From: Planctomycetota bacterium
Lineage (GTDB): Bacteria > Planctomycetota > PLA2 > JAEUHO01
Direction: 5' to 3'
NCBI GenBank assembly: GCA_965222115.1
Contig: CBDCTJ010000001.1
Location: 416,001-480,000 of the forward strand
DNA: 64,000 nt
The notes under the pieces are model-generated. The model was not told the origin of the DNA. It saw nothing but the letters and a program-made list of their open reading frames with translations, and searched no databases. Of the stretch, positions 1 to 10,081 are shown in pieces. The translations under genes were made by a program, and so were the position numbers. Numbering within the stretch: the first letter of the stretch is position 1; the number at the start of each line of letters is the position of its first letter.

Positions 1-627
1 AGGGTCATCCACAAACTTGAGGATGCACGCCCAGCCAATGCAGACACCAGCCAACTGGTCGCGGCTCACGTCGTATCGAAACGTAAGGCCGGGATGATTC
101 GGTGAAGCGGCGAGTTTTTTACCGATTCCAACACCCGGGAATTGGCGTCCAACGGTGCGTACGAGTCGTCCCGGACGACCTGTAACTCGTGAGAGCAATG
201 CCAAGCCATGCGCCAAACGCCGAAGCTCAGCAAGTGCCGCGGGATCGCGCGTGACGTGGTATCGACACGCCTGGGCCGCGGCATAACAACCACTCCAAAT
301 CGCCGTGTCGGCGCCACCGAGTGCCTCGTGGCTCAGCCGAGACGGGCTAGCGCCGCGTGTATGGCGATACACGAGAAGGCCTTCGGGCGAAATATGTGCT
401 GCCATCTTGGCTTGGATTCGTGCAGCGCGCCTGGCAAGCATGTCGTCGGTGCGACTGGCGAGCGGCACCAATGCGCGTCCCTGACCGGGTGCGTTTCGAC
501 GGCGTGCCCCTTCGGCGGCGGAGGCAAGAACAGGAATCAACATAAAACAACTCGCAAGGCGAAGGAGTCGCTGGGCCCGGCACTTGCTTGCGTACCGTAT
601 AGAGCGAACTCGCTCGAGACGAGTCAC
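1..627 (-). CDS. Uncharacterised, probably exported (alpha/alpha)-barrel-like protein; 3' end runs off the window
   Basis: Not in the ORF track. My translation is open from GTG 627, which overlaps the upstream stop (GTGA), to base 1: MTRLERVR..FMLIPVLASAAEG..DTAIWSGCYAAAQACRYHVTRDP..LSRVTGRPGRLVR..DVSRDQLAG. The fold is an inference. Confidence 0.7.
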   Translation of the reverse strand, partial: MTRLERVRSIRYASKCRAQRLLRLASCFMLIPVLASAAEGARRRNAPGQGRALVPLASRTDDMLARRAARIQAKMAAHISPEGLLVYRHTRGASPSRLSHEALGGADTAIWSGCYAAAQACRYHVTRDPAALAELRRLAHGLALLSRVTGRPGRLVRTVGRQFPGVGIGKKLAASPNHPGLTFRYDVSRDQLAGVCIGWACILKFVDDP

Positions 628-926
628 TCGCAACATTCCATGACCTGAAACTGTGGCTCGCGCACGTGACGGTAGGCAATCTCGGGGAGCCCTTTACCCG
701 TGCGCACCAACGTACTCATGCGCTGGTAGGCCTCACGACTATCAAGTTCGTTCACTTCAACGAGGCGTCCGGTGGGCCCGGCCTCGCCCATCTCCACGAA
801 GACCTCATAGCGCGACGAACCGTTGGCTTCCCAATAGGGCTTGAGTTCCTCGCGTGCGCGGCGCAGAAACTCTTCACGGTGGCAGGCGTCCACGTGAAAC
901 GTAACCAAACTAAGCACACGGGCCAT
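624..926 (-). CDS. Dimeric alpha/beta-barrel (NIPSNAP/ABM-like) small protein
   Basis: ATG 926 with AGGAG RBS. MARVLSLVTFHVDACHREEFLRRAREELKPYWEANG..YEVFVE.. has the beta-alpha-beta pattern of this superfamily. Confidence 0.6.
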   Translation of the reverse strand: MARVLSLVTFHVDACHREEFLRRAREELKPYWEANGSSRYEVFVEMGEAGPTGRLVEVNELDSREAYQRMSTLVRTGKGLPEIAYRHVREPQFQVMECCE

Positions 927-1096
927 GGACAGGGACTCCTGAAGACTCGGCAGCATCCGGCATGCATGCGCGGTTGGCGACCACGCGTAGCCTACCGCCA
1001 GCGTGGGGATGTCGTAGCTCCGCAATCGTCTGCCATCACGCATTGAATCGACCGCGCGGTTGATACCCTTCCCCGACGAGCGTCTATCCTACGCGG

Positions 1097-1516
1097 ATGC
1101 TCCGCCTGCTTTGGTTACTCCTCGCGGCCGCCCTGGCCGCCACCGTCTTGCTCCTTCGGACGCCCGACGTAGGGAACGATCGAACCGACGACGTGCCCGA
1201 TGCGCCCCGAGCGAAACACGCGCCGAGTGAGCCGACAGAACGCGCGCCCTACACCGACGTATGCACGTTGGCCGTCAAAGTGGTCGATGAGCATGACGAA
1301 CCGCTCCGGGGCGTGACGGCCGGCTTTCGTGCGCTGGGCGAGGAATCGACGCGGCAAACCAATGCGCGCGGCGAAGCCGTATTCACATCGGTGCCGGCGG
1401 GCATGGTCGAAGTCTTCGCCCGCGCGCCAAAACGCCGCGAGGTGACCACGCGCCGCCCCCTACCTGCCGGGATTCAATCCGATGTTCGCCTTAGCTTCGG
1501 GACGGCCCGCCGCTAA
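1097..1516 (+). CDS. Membrane-anchored carboxypeptidase-regulatory-like domain protein
   Basis: N-terminal hydrophobic helix; VVDEHDEPLRGVT..TNARGEAVFTSVPAG..V.ARAP beta-sandwich signature. Confidence 0.7.
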   Translation: MLRLLWLLLAAALAATVLLLRTPDVGNDRTDDVPDAPRAKHAPSEPTERAPYTDVCTLAVKVVDEHDEPLRGVTAGFRALGEESTRQTNARGEAVFTSVPAGMVEVFARAPKRREVTTRRPLPAGIQSDVRLSFGTARR

Positions 1517-1714
1517 CCATTCGCTCGCCAGGATTTTTCGTCAATTGGAGCCGGACGCGGGTGGTTCCCCCCGATTCAGGGGCTACCCTTACGTGGAGCG
1601 GATCCCAATGGACGGGACGGCCCATGAATCGCCGTACGTCTGCGTGCGTCAATCGGCACGTTTGATCCAACGTTAGTAGAAATCGTTGCTCGTGAACCAC
1701 TGGAGGCTGATCCC

Positions 1715-3505
1715 ATGTCCCTACGATCGATGAACGCACGGCGGCGGGTTGGACTAGTTGCTGCGCTGATTTTGATTCCCCTTGCGGCGTTATTCCTTGT
1801 GCCTGGCCTACTTCCTGCAAACGCGGAAGACGGACCTGCACCGGCGCCCGCCGCCAAGAAGCCCGTTGAGAAGGTAGCGCCATCAGTACCTAAGGCGCCC
1901 GATCTACTCGCCAAGATGATTCCAAGCGACGCGGTCGCCCTCATCTACGCCCCCAATGTCGAGACCTTGCTCGGGAAAGTACGGGCCTTGGTCGCGCGCG
2001 CCGATGAACAGGCCGCATCAGGCATTACGACGGCGGAGATGTTCCAGGGTTCGGGTATTCCCGTTGAACACATCGATGCGACGCGTCCCTTTGCCCTTGC
2101 CGTCACGTTTATGGAGAACGGCGAGCCGGCGCCCACATTTATCGTTCCCTGTAGCGATGCCAATGCCGCCAAGCAGCAAATGGGCGAGCGTGCCCCCGCG
2201 CTTGCCGTGGGCGACTACCTCGCATTGGGCATGGCTGGTCAACCCTCATTGGGCGAAAATCGCAGTCCGATGGTGGATGGGCTTCCGGGTGCCGACGTAA
2301 CCGTGCGCATCAACTTCGTCAAAGTCATGGAAGCCATGGGCGACCAGATCAATGGCGCGATGGATGAGTTGAGCGGCGCGGGCGGTTCTGGACCCAACGC
2401 CGGAGGCGGTATGCCGGGCATGCCTCCCCAACTGCAAGACATGGTGACTGGTTTCGTCGACGGCGTAAAGACGTTCTTGAATGCGTCAGAGCGCCTTGAC
2501 ATCACGGCGTCGATCGAAGGTGGTGAGTTGCAGCTGGGCGGTCACTTGCTTGTCAAGGCTGGCAGTTCGCTTGTCTCCAAGGACACAGACGCCAGTGCAA
2601 ACCTGTTGGCCATGGGCAGCTTCTTGCCCACGGGTGCCCCGCTAAGTGGGCTCATGAACTTCGATGCATCGGCATTTACCGAATTCTTCAAAACCGTCAT
2701 GGACGCGGCCGTCGAACAACTGCCCGAAGAAGAACGTGCGGATGCGAAGAAATACTTCGATGAAACCATGGCCATCATGACTGAAATCGGTCCTGGCTAC
2801 GCATTTACGCTCTCAATGCCCAAGTCGGGCATGGCCGTGACGCAGATCTGCGACGCCAAGGACCCCGCCGGTTACATCACGCGCGCCAAGGCACTCTTCG
2901 AGAACAAGTACATGCAAAAGAGCGGCATGAAGTTGAAGGCCGCGTCAACCATCCCCGTGGCGGGCATCGAAGTTCACAAGTTTGATCTCGCGATTGATGC
3001 GAAGGCCATGATGGCGGGCCCCGCCGGTCAAAACAATGCTGGCGCTCAGGAGATGGACGAAGTCATGGGCAAGGCCATGCAGGCGTTCTTCGGCGGCGAG
3101 CACATGACGATGTACGTCGCGGCCGTAGAAAACAAACTCGTTTACCACATCGGCACCGACGTCGCCGAAATTACGCGCATCATTGAAGCGATGTCTAAGG
3201 GCGTGCGCGGCACGACACCACCCCGCTTGGCACAGGCCATTCGGCGCACGGGAGGCCACCCCGTCTTTTTGGTGGACGTTGAGATTCGCACGTTGGCTAA
3301 GCAAGTCATGTCGGCGATTGCTGCGGCGGCACCGGAAAACAGCAATATGTCCATGCCCGAGCTTCCCGATGGCGATCCCATACGCGGGTTGATCTTTGCG
3401 ACGTCCAAGGGACGCGATCACCGGGGAGGACTCCACCTGGACGTCGGATCGCTCATCGACATGATCGTTGATGCGCAGCAGCCCTCCGGACCACGCAACA
3501 AGTAG
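1715..3505 (+). CDS. Exported hypothetical protein (596 aa)
   Basis: GGAGG RBS, signal peptide ending ..LPANA, long ORF with host-like codon usage. Confidence 0.8.
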   Translation: MSLRSMNARRRVGLVAALILIPLAALFLVPGLLPANAEDGPAPAPAAKKPVEKVAPSVPKAPDLLAKMIPSDAVALIYAPNVETLLGKVRALVARADEQAASGITTAEMFQGSGIPVEHIDATRPFALAVTFMENGEPAPTFIVPCSDANAAKQQMGERAPALAVGDYLALGMAGQPSLGENRSPMVDGLPGADVTVRINFVKVMEAMGDQINGAMDELSGAGGSGPNAGGGMPGMPPQLQDMVTGFVDGVKTFLNASERLDITASIEGGELQLGGHLLVKAGSSLVSKDTDASANLLAMGSFLPTGAPLSGLMNFDASAFTEFFKTVMDAAVEQLPEEERADAKKYFDETMAIMTEIGPGYAFTLSMPKSGMAVTQICDAKDPAGYITRAKALFENKYMQKSGMKLKAASTIPVAGIEVHKFDLAIDAKAMMAGPAGQNNAGAQEMDEVMGKAMQAFFGGEHMTMYVAAVENKLVYHIGTDVAEITRIIEAMSKGVRGTTPPRLAQAIRRTGGHPVFLVDVEIRTLAKQVMSAIAAAAPENSNMSMPELPDGDPIRGLIFATSKGRDHRGGLHLDVGSLIDMIVDAQQPSGPRNK

Positions 3506-3539
3506 TGCGTGTGCAAACGACGCGCATGACCACAGCAGT

Positions 3540-4781
3540 ATGACCAAAGACAACTGGAACGAGCGGTACTTCCGTAAGGGACTTGGACTTCGCGCCGACG
3601 CGCGCACCGAGGTGTCCACGGCGTACCGCTCGGACTGGGTACAAGCGTTCAAGGAGCACGGGTTTCGCCTACGTCTCGGCGACGATTCACGCTCCGTTAC
3701 GTTCAAGCTCGCGCGCGAGTTCGGCTTCTGCTACGGCGTCGAACGCAGCGTGGACTATGCCTACGAGACACTGATGCGCTTTCCGGGTCGTCGCATCATT
3801 TTGACCGGTGAGATCATTCACAACCCAAGCGTCAATCAGCGTCTACGCGACCAGGGCATTTGCTTTATGGGCGAGGGCGATCTGAAAGACAGCAGCGCCA
3901 TCACGCCCGAAGACGTCGTCATCTTGCCGGCCTTCGGGGTGGCCACCACGCCCTTTGATGAAATCCGCAAGAGCGGTGCGGTGGTGGTCGACACGACATG
4001 CGGGAGCGTGCTCAACGTGTGGAAGAACGTAGAGCGCTATGCCCGCGATGGATTGACGTCGCTGGTGCACGGCAAGGTGAATCACGAAGAGACGCGCGCA
4101 ACGGTCAGTCGTACGCGCCTCTATGAAGATGCCCACTACATCGTGGTACTCGACATGGACGATGCCACGCACGTGGCCGATGTGATTCGTGGCACCAGGC
4201 CCGCCGCGTCGATTTTGATGCGCTTCCCCCACCCCCATACGTCACAGGAATTTGATCCAGAACGACACTTGGCTCGCATCGGTGTGGCCAACCAGACCAC
4301 GATGTTGTCAAGCGAGTCGTTGGCCATCGCGCGCACGATTGGGGAAGTGCTCGAAGCCCGTTATGGCGAGCGCAGCGACACAAACCGCTTTCGTTCATTT
4401 GACACCATTTGCTCCGCCACCCAAGACCGACAAGACGCGCTGCGTGATCTCATTGCGGAACCCCTCGATCTGCTGCTGGTCATCGGCGGGCACAACTCGT
4501 CCAACACCGGACATCTGGCGGAGATGGCCGAGGGTGTCGTGCCCGCATTTCATATCGAGTCCGCCAACGACTTGCTCGACGTCAAAACGATTCGCCACAA
4601 GCCCGTCGGTCAGCCCGTGGACAAAAAAGCGCCGGCCAACGCCAGTGACTGGTTGCCCATCGACAAGCCGCATCTCACGATCGGGCTCACGGCTGGCGCG
4701 TCCACGCCCGACGCCGCGGTGGGCGCCACCGTGGATCGTGTGCTCGCACTATTCGACATTGCCCTCACACCAGCAGGCTAA
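3540..4781 (+). CDS. ispH: 4-hydroxy-3-methylbut-2-enyl diphosphate reductase
   Basis: FGFCYGVER, EIIHNP, VDTTC, HEET, NQTT, DTICSAT.DRQ, GGHNSSNT and LTAGASTPD motifs. Likely start ATG 3540 (track ORF starts 3468). Confidence 0.97.
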   Translation: MTKDNWNERYFRKGLGLRADARTEVSTAYRSDWVQAFKEHGFRLRLGDDSRSVTFKLAREFGFCYGVERSVDYAYETLMRFPGRRIILTGEIIHNPSVNQRLRDQGICFMGEGDLKDSSAITPEDVVILPAFGVATTPFDEIRKSGAVVVDTTCGSVLNVWKNVERYARDGLTSLVHGKVNHEETRATVSRTRLYEDAHYIVVLDMDDATHVADVIRGTRPAASILMRFPHPHTSQEFDPERHLARIGVANQTTMLSSESLAIARTIGEVLEARYGERSDTNRFRSFDTICSATQDRQDALRDLIAEPLDLLLVIGGHNSSNTGHLAEMAEGVVPAFHIESANDLLDVKTIRHKPVGQPVDKKAPANASDWLPIDKPHLTIGLTAGASTPDAAVGATVDRVLALFDIALTPAG

Positions 4782-4820
4782 GCCGCCACGAACGGGTCAC
4801 CCCGCAGGTACGATTCCCGT

Positions 4821-5771
4821 ATGTCGCTCGTCACCACTCCGATGATCGCGTCCATGCTCGTTCCGGGCATGCTGATTGCCGCGTGCATCGCTCTCGGGTT
4901 CTTGCTCTTCATCTACGTGCGCACATTGAAGCAACTCGATACGATTCGCGATGCACAGGCGGCGCAAGCCAAGGCGCACAAGCAGCAGATTCATGCCGTC
5001 ATGGAACAGGCGCAACGTGACCAAGCGAGCAGCGACGCACTGCGCCTCGATGTGCAACACACCACGGCCAAGCTCGAGGGCACCACAAATCACCTGGATG
5101 AGCTCGATGCCCACATCTCCTCACTGCGTCGTGAACTTGCGCATGGTCAGAATGTATTGCGTGGTCAAGTGGGACGCATGGCATTACAACTTGACGACAC
5201 ACACGCCGCCCAAGCCGCCGTCCGACGAGACTTGGCGGGCGCAGACGCCGCGGAGTCGTCCAAACGCGCGTGGAAAAAGCGTATCGATCGCACCGCCACG
5301 GCGGCCAGTGAACACGTGGAGCGGCTTCGTCGCTCGCTCGATGCAATGGAGACGCGGCTGTCCACAAGCCTGGACGCGTTGTCATCACGGCTGAACAATA
5401 TTGAATCAGATTCGCCGAGAAAGCCCACCTCCACAACGCGACCTGCGGCACTACGTACTCATCGACTGCCCGCCGTGGACGCACCGTACAAGCGAGAGGC
5501 GTACGTGCGGAAGACCGTGCAACCGTCTCGATCGATTGCACACGATCCAGCGACGGATTCTCAGATGCTCCATGCGTCACCCACGAATTCCACGGCAGAC
5601 GTATGGGCACATTCAACAGAAGCAAAGTCCGACACACGTTGGGCATCGCTCATGGCGTCTCATGCTGCGCCCACACCGGAAACCGACGACGAGGACGACA
5701 TGCCGTCGGGTTGGGTATTTCTCGGCCTGTTTCTTGTAGTTGCCGCCGGCCTTTACAAACTCATGTTTTAG
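4821..5771 (+). CDS. Hypothetical membrane protein with a coiled coil and N- and C-terminal TM helices
   Basis: Hydrophobic termini and a heptad-rich middle; directly follows ispH. Confidence 0.65.
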   Translation: MSLVTTPMIASMLVPGMLIAACIALGFLLFIYVRTLKQLDTIRDAQAAQAKAHKQQIHAVMEQAQRDQASSDALRLDVQHTTAKLEGTTNHLDELDAHISSLRRELAHGQNVLRGQVGRMALQLDDTHAAQAAVRRDLAGADAAESSKRAWKKRIDRTATAASEHVERLRRSLDAMETRLSTSLDALSSRLNNIESDSPRKPTSTTRPAALRTHRLPAVDAPYKREAYVRKTVQPSRSIAHDPATDSQMLHASPTNSTADVWAHSTEAKSDTRWASLMASHAAPTPETDDEDDMPSGWVFLGLFLVVAAGLYKLMF

Positions 5772-5777
5772 CCTGAG

Positions 5778-8315
5778 CTATCGCTGGATGCGGTAAACGA
5801 CACCTGATGGGCCTGGCGCGTAGTCAGACACTTCGTCGTTTAGAAACAGAATGCGGACTTCGTTCGTGCCGGGACTCTGCGCGTCAATCTCGTTCAGCGG
5901 GATAGCAAACTCAATGTCGGTAGCGCTTGTGAGCGGATTCATCGTAACCGGACCTATATAGCCCGAACTAAAGTTCCCCGCCGCCTGCGTATGCAGGGCG
6001 TTCCCCGCAACAAGGAGTTCACTCCCCACGGTAGGTGACGGTGCAAAGCCTGTGGAGGGATCGTTGTCGGTGTCGAACATGATCAACATGCGGGAGTACA
6101 CGAAGCCCGGCGAACCGTCCACGTTGAACGCGTTCTCCGATGTAAAGCGCACGTAGAGATTGTCGCTGTCATTGACCACCCAAATGGAACGCCAATCGGG
6201 ACCCGAAGAATCGGGGACGTCCGCTGGATCCTCCACCAGTGGTGTCACGAGCGCCCAATCGTCCATTGTGCCGTCAATCGTAATCGTGACGTGTCGCAGC
6301 GGCGTGGCATGCAACGTGACCGTGTTCTTCTCTTCATTGCCGAGCTCGTCCTTTGCGCGAATGCAGCAGTAATAGGTCGTGCCTTCGCGGAGACCCGTCA
6401 CCTCAAACTGGTTTGCAAACTCCGCAGGTCCATAACCCAGTGACGGTGGCGCATAGGGCGTGAGCGCCAAGGCCGTGGCTTGGGTGAGATTTGGATCCCC
6501 CACAAAGTCCAATGGACTCGTGCTGTAGTAGAGCGTGTACTCGACCTTGTGCATGTCCAACGCAACGTCCCAACGAACGAGCATGCAGTCGGGCCCAGGC
6601 TCGATCGCTTGGATGCCGACGCGCGGTGTGGGGGCATCCGGCTCGATGGGCCAGGGATGCACATTGTCGTTGTAGGTGCTCGACCAACGCGGTGCCTCGT
6701 TGTCCGTGAGGTCGTGGTAAAAGCGAACAAACTCATTGGGCAAGATCAGCCCGGCGTCGGTGAGGTAGTGGCGCATACCCATCAAGGTCTCGGCCTCGTA
6801 GATATCGGTCATCAGTTCATCGAATCCCACACTTGACGCACCAATCAACGTATTGACGTTCATCTCCGAAGGTGGGCCTTCCGCATAGCCAAGCGACAGC
6901 ACACGAAAGCCGTCTTCCCGCGCCGCCTCGGCCATGATGGCAGGTAAGAAGTTGTGTTTGTTGTCGGCGAAGAAGTAGGGCGAGTAAAGACTCTGGTTGT
7001 GTGAATCGAGTCGGTAACTTTCGACCAAGAGGATGTCGATGTACGCACGCGTGTTGACGGCATACTGCGGCTTTCGGCTATCAAAGAAGAACATGGCGCG
7101 GTTTTGCAGGATGACCGCGTCGGGATACGCCGTGCGAAGACGGGCATAGAAGTCACGAAACCCTACGGCCGTCCATTCAAACTCGGATTGGTTGGGTGAG
7201 CTTCCGTCCGTGAAGTAGTTTGGCGCACACGTCTCGGTCGTATCCAGAAAGAGACCGTCAAGCCCATAGCCTCGCCCGACATCGGTGCGTAGAAGTTCCT
7301 TGAAGCCGGGGAAACCATCGGCGCCATCAAAGAGCATGTTGTCTACGACGTCAAACCACGCAGGGTCTCCCGCATTTACATAGCAGCCGCCGAATATCGA
7401 ATTGCGATCGGGGATACCGTCACCGATATCGTTGGGATCGTTGTCCACCGCGTTGTCATTGAGGTAATAAGAGGCAAAGCCGGTGCCCCCCGGTGCCGGA
7501 TCCCCAAGAGGATCAAGACCTTCAATCGGACCGCCATCCGCGTCGGGCCCACGGGGATCAACACGCGGCCCGGTGCCGTCACCCACAAAGCGGGGATCGG
7601 CAAGCATCTGTGCCGTCGTCATGCCGATCGTACGACTATCTTCGCCAATCGTTTTGTAACCCAGTACAAGGCAATCGTCGCGAGGGTCCGTTGGATCAAC
7701 ACCATCCATGATGTCTTGCGCCGTTGCAACCGACACGTTGCCATTGAACGGGTGAATGATTACCAATCGATACGATTCGGCCAACCGCAACGTTGTGGCG
7801 TCTATGGCGCCGTAGTGAATGAAGTAGTCATCCAACTGTGCGATCAATGTCTTCCGGTTGTTGATGGGGGGCAGCGTAACAATCCGAGGCATTCCGTGCG
7901 CGCCGTCTCGGACCGGCGTAATCCGAACGCGGCCGCTCGTTATGGGGCGCGGCCCCAAATCGGCCAATGAGTCCCAGCGTACGGTGCGCTTATCTCCGTT
8001 CGAGCTCACGTCTTGCGCTTCCGCAGCATCGATGAGGCTCGCGGGATGCCACGACTGCCCACCATCGTAGGAGGTCTCAACGAGTAGGTCGAGTGGTTGG
8101 CCATCACCGGTTGCAGCGATCGCCAACGGTACGTCGCCCCTCGAATCCACCGGCCACGTCACGGAAGCTATGCCGGCATCCAATGTGGCCGGCGCCGGTG
8201 GAGCACCACCGCCTCCTCCGCCCGAACCGCATGCGGTCAGCGCAAGCGCCAACGCGCCGAGTGCGATCGGTACCCAAACGAAAACGAACACACTGTCTTG
8301 ATTCTTGCCACCCAT
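5778..8315 (-). CDS. Lipoprotein with a GH114/PelA-like TIM-barrel glycoside hydrolase domain, FN3-like domain and C-terminal CBM9/DOMON-like domain
   Basis: ATG 8315 with GGAG RBS; lipobox LTAC + GSGGGGG; VLGY.TIGED, YVNAGDPAW, DGLFLDT, ILQNR, LVES motifs; GLREGTTYYCCIRAKD.GN (FN3); ITIDG..DDW. Confidence 0.75.
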   Translation of the reverse strand: MGGKNQDSVFVFVWVPIALGALALALTACGSGGGGGGAPPAPATLDAGIASVTWPVDSRGDVPLAIAATGDGQPLDLLVETSYDGGQSWHPASLIDAAEAQDVSSNGDKRTVRWDSLADLGPRPITSGRVRITPVRDGAHGMPRIVTLPPINNRKTLIAQLDDYFIHYGAIDATTLRLAESYRLVIIHPFNGNVSVATAQDIMDGVDPTDPRDDCLVLGYKTIGEDSRTIGMTTAQMLADPRFVGDGTGPRVDPRGPDADGGPIEGLDPLGDPAPGGTGFASYYLNDNAVDNDPNDIGDGIPDRNSIFGGCYVNAGDPAWFDVVDNMLFDGADGFPGFKELLRTDVGRGYGLDGLFLDTTETCAPNYFTDGSSPNQSEFEWTAVGFRDFYARLRTAYPDAVILQNRAMFFFDSRKPQYAVNTRAYIDILLVESYRLDSHNQSLYSPYFFADNKHNFLPAIMAEAAREDGFRVLSLGYAEGPPSEMNVNTLIGASSVGFDELMTDIYEAETLMGMRHYLTDAGLILPNEFVRFYHDLTDNEAPRWSSTYNDNVHPWPIEPDAPTPRVGIQAIEPGPDCMLVRWDVALDMHKVEYTLYYSTSPLDFVGDPNLTQATALALTPYAPPSLGYGPAEFANQFEVTGLREGTTYYCCIRAKDELGNEEKNTVTLHATPLRHVTITIDGTMDDWALVTPLVEDPADVPDSSGPDWRSIWVVNDSDNLYVRFTSENAFNVDGSPGFVYSRMLIMFDTDNDPSTGFAPSPTVGSELLVAGNALHTQAAGNFSSGYIGPVTMNPLTSATDIEFAIPLNEIDAQSPGTNEVRILFLNDEVSDYAPGPSGVVYRIQR

Positions 8316-8473
8316 GTCTCCCAATCGACGATCTATGGGTACGGACTGAACGACGATACCGTGTTGATTTGACTTGCTGGACGTTTGACGACAATTGGAC
8401 TTACAGCGGAACTCAAAACATTCAAACGGATGCCCGTTAGGTGTGTACACCGTTTCACAGGTATGGTCCTGCA

Positions 8474-10081
8474 ATGATCGGATCGAAACGACCAGCAACC
8501 GTCCTGCTATTCCTGTTGCCTATGTTGGCCGTCGTGGCCCTTGCGGCCGTGGCGTGGCATGAAGCCGGGCACGCGGCCGAATCCGAACTCACGCGTCGCG
8601 GACAAGCACTGCTAAACGTCTTGCATACAACGATCGATGAATTCGGCCGCAGTACGGAGCGCAATGAGGTTTCGGAACGCGCGCGCCTCCTTGCCATTGC
8701 CCGACGGATTGAAACCGATACGACATCGATTCTTTCACCCATCGCACCGCGCCTCGAGCGCATTGCAGCCGATGAACAGGTGGGGCACATCTTCATGGTG
8801 AATGACGTAGGCCTACCCATTGCCCATGTGGTGCATCCCAAGCCCGTGCGAATATCGGGAACGCCGACCGAAACCGGTGCCGTCGATGCCATGAAGTGGC
8901 AGCACGCAAAGAAAACGTTGGACCGCCTCGCGCAGACGGCCGGGGCGTCGTTGGACGAGGGCGTGGTACCGAATGCCTTCGGTGTGCGCGAACGCATGGG
9001 GGTTGCCCTGCGCTTTTACAACGGATCCGCCGTGCTAATTCGCGCCAAACGAGCGGCCCAAGGGCGCTCCGAAACGCAGTCGGGGCTCCAGTCCGTACTG
9101 ACACGACTCGGTCGCGTGCCGGATGTGGACACGATCACGTTGCGATCCAGTGATGGTGATCAGTTCTTAGAACATCAAAGCGACGCACCGGCTAGGCGAA
9201 CCGCTAGGTTCACGGGAACGACAACCACGCCCCAAACCGGATCGCTGTCTACGTCACTGACGCTCTCCCGCGCACGCGTGGAAGCGCAGAAGGTGTCGCG
9301 ACGCAAACGCATCGCACTATGGGCGCTACTTGCGCTCGCGGGCTCCATCATCGGGTTGCTCGTCTACCGTCGCATGGAGCGGGCGCGAACTCGAACGCAA
9401 CTCCAAGTACGAGCGAAAGCGGCACAGGAACAACGCTTGACGGAAATGGGCGCGCTCGCGGGACTCGTGGCGCATGAAATCAGCAATCCCCTCAATGCGA
9501 TTTCATTGGAATTGGCGCGTTTGGAGGCCAAGGGTGCCGAACCAGCGCTTACCTCGCGCATTCGAACGCAGCTCGCTTCGGCGCGGAACAGTATTGAGTC
9601 CTACCTCCAGTTAGCACACGCGCCGTCGCCATCGGGACTTGCACAGGTTACCGTTACCGATGTTTCAGACACCGTCAATGCCATGCGCATGGAGGCAGGC
9701 CACCGCATCGACTTCGCGGCGCCCAACGCTACCCGTGACATCATTCAGTGCGACTCGCGCATCTTCGATCACGCCCTTCGCAACCTCGTTCGCAATGCCG
9801 TTACGGCATCAAATCATGCCGTGCGCGTTACGTGGACGCAAGTGGATCAGGCGATCCACGTTGCCGTGGAAGACGACGGAGAGGGTTTTCCGAAAGCGCT
9901 AGCGGACCGAGGCACGCGACTAGGCGAATCACTTCGTCGCGGTGGGCATGGACTTGGACTTGCATTGGCGCGGCGGTTCTTGGAGAACAACGGGCTCGAA
10001 CTTCGATTGGGGTCGTCCCCCTTGGGCGGTGCGGCGGCTACGATCGTCGTCCCTGAGTCGTGCTGGAGCCGTCATGACTAG
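8474..10081 (+). CDS. Sensor histidine kinase
   Basis: Two TM helices around a periplasmic domain; H-box AHEISNPL, N-box NLVRNA, G1 DDGEG, G2 GHGLGLA. Confidence 0.93.
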   Translation: MIGSKRPATVLLFLLPMLAVVALAAVAWHEAGHAAESELTRRGQALLNVLHTTIDEFGRSTERNEVSERARLLAIARRIETDTTSILSPIAPRLERIAADEQVGHIFMVNDVGLPIAHVVHPKPVRISGTPTETGAVDAMKWQHAKKTLDRLAQTAGASLDEGVVPNAFGVRERMGVALRFYNGSAVLIRAKRAAQGRSETQSGLQSVLTRLGRVPDVDTITLRSSDGDQFLEHQSDAPARRTARFTGTTTTPQTGSLSTSLTLSRARVEAQKVSRRKRIALWALLALAGSIIGLLVYRRMERARTRTQLQVRAKAAQEQRLTEMGALAGLVAHEISNPLNAISLELARLEAKGAEPALTSRIRTQLASARNSIESYLQLAHAPSPSGLAQVTVTDVSDTVNAMRMEAGHRIDFAAPNATRDIIQCDSRIFDHALRNLVRNAVTASNHAVRVTWTQVDQAIHVAVEDDGEGFPKALADRGTRLGESLRRGGHGLGLALARRFLENNGLELRLGSSPLGGAAATIVVPESCWSRHD

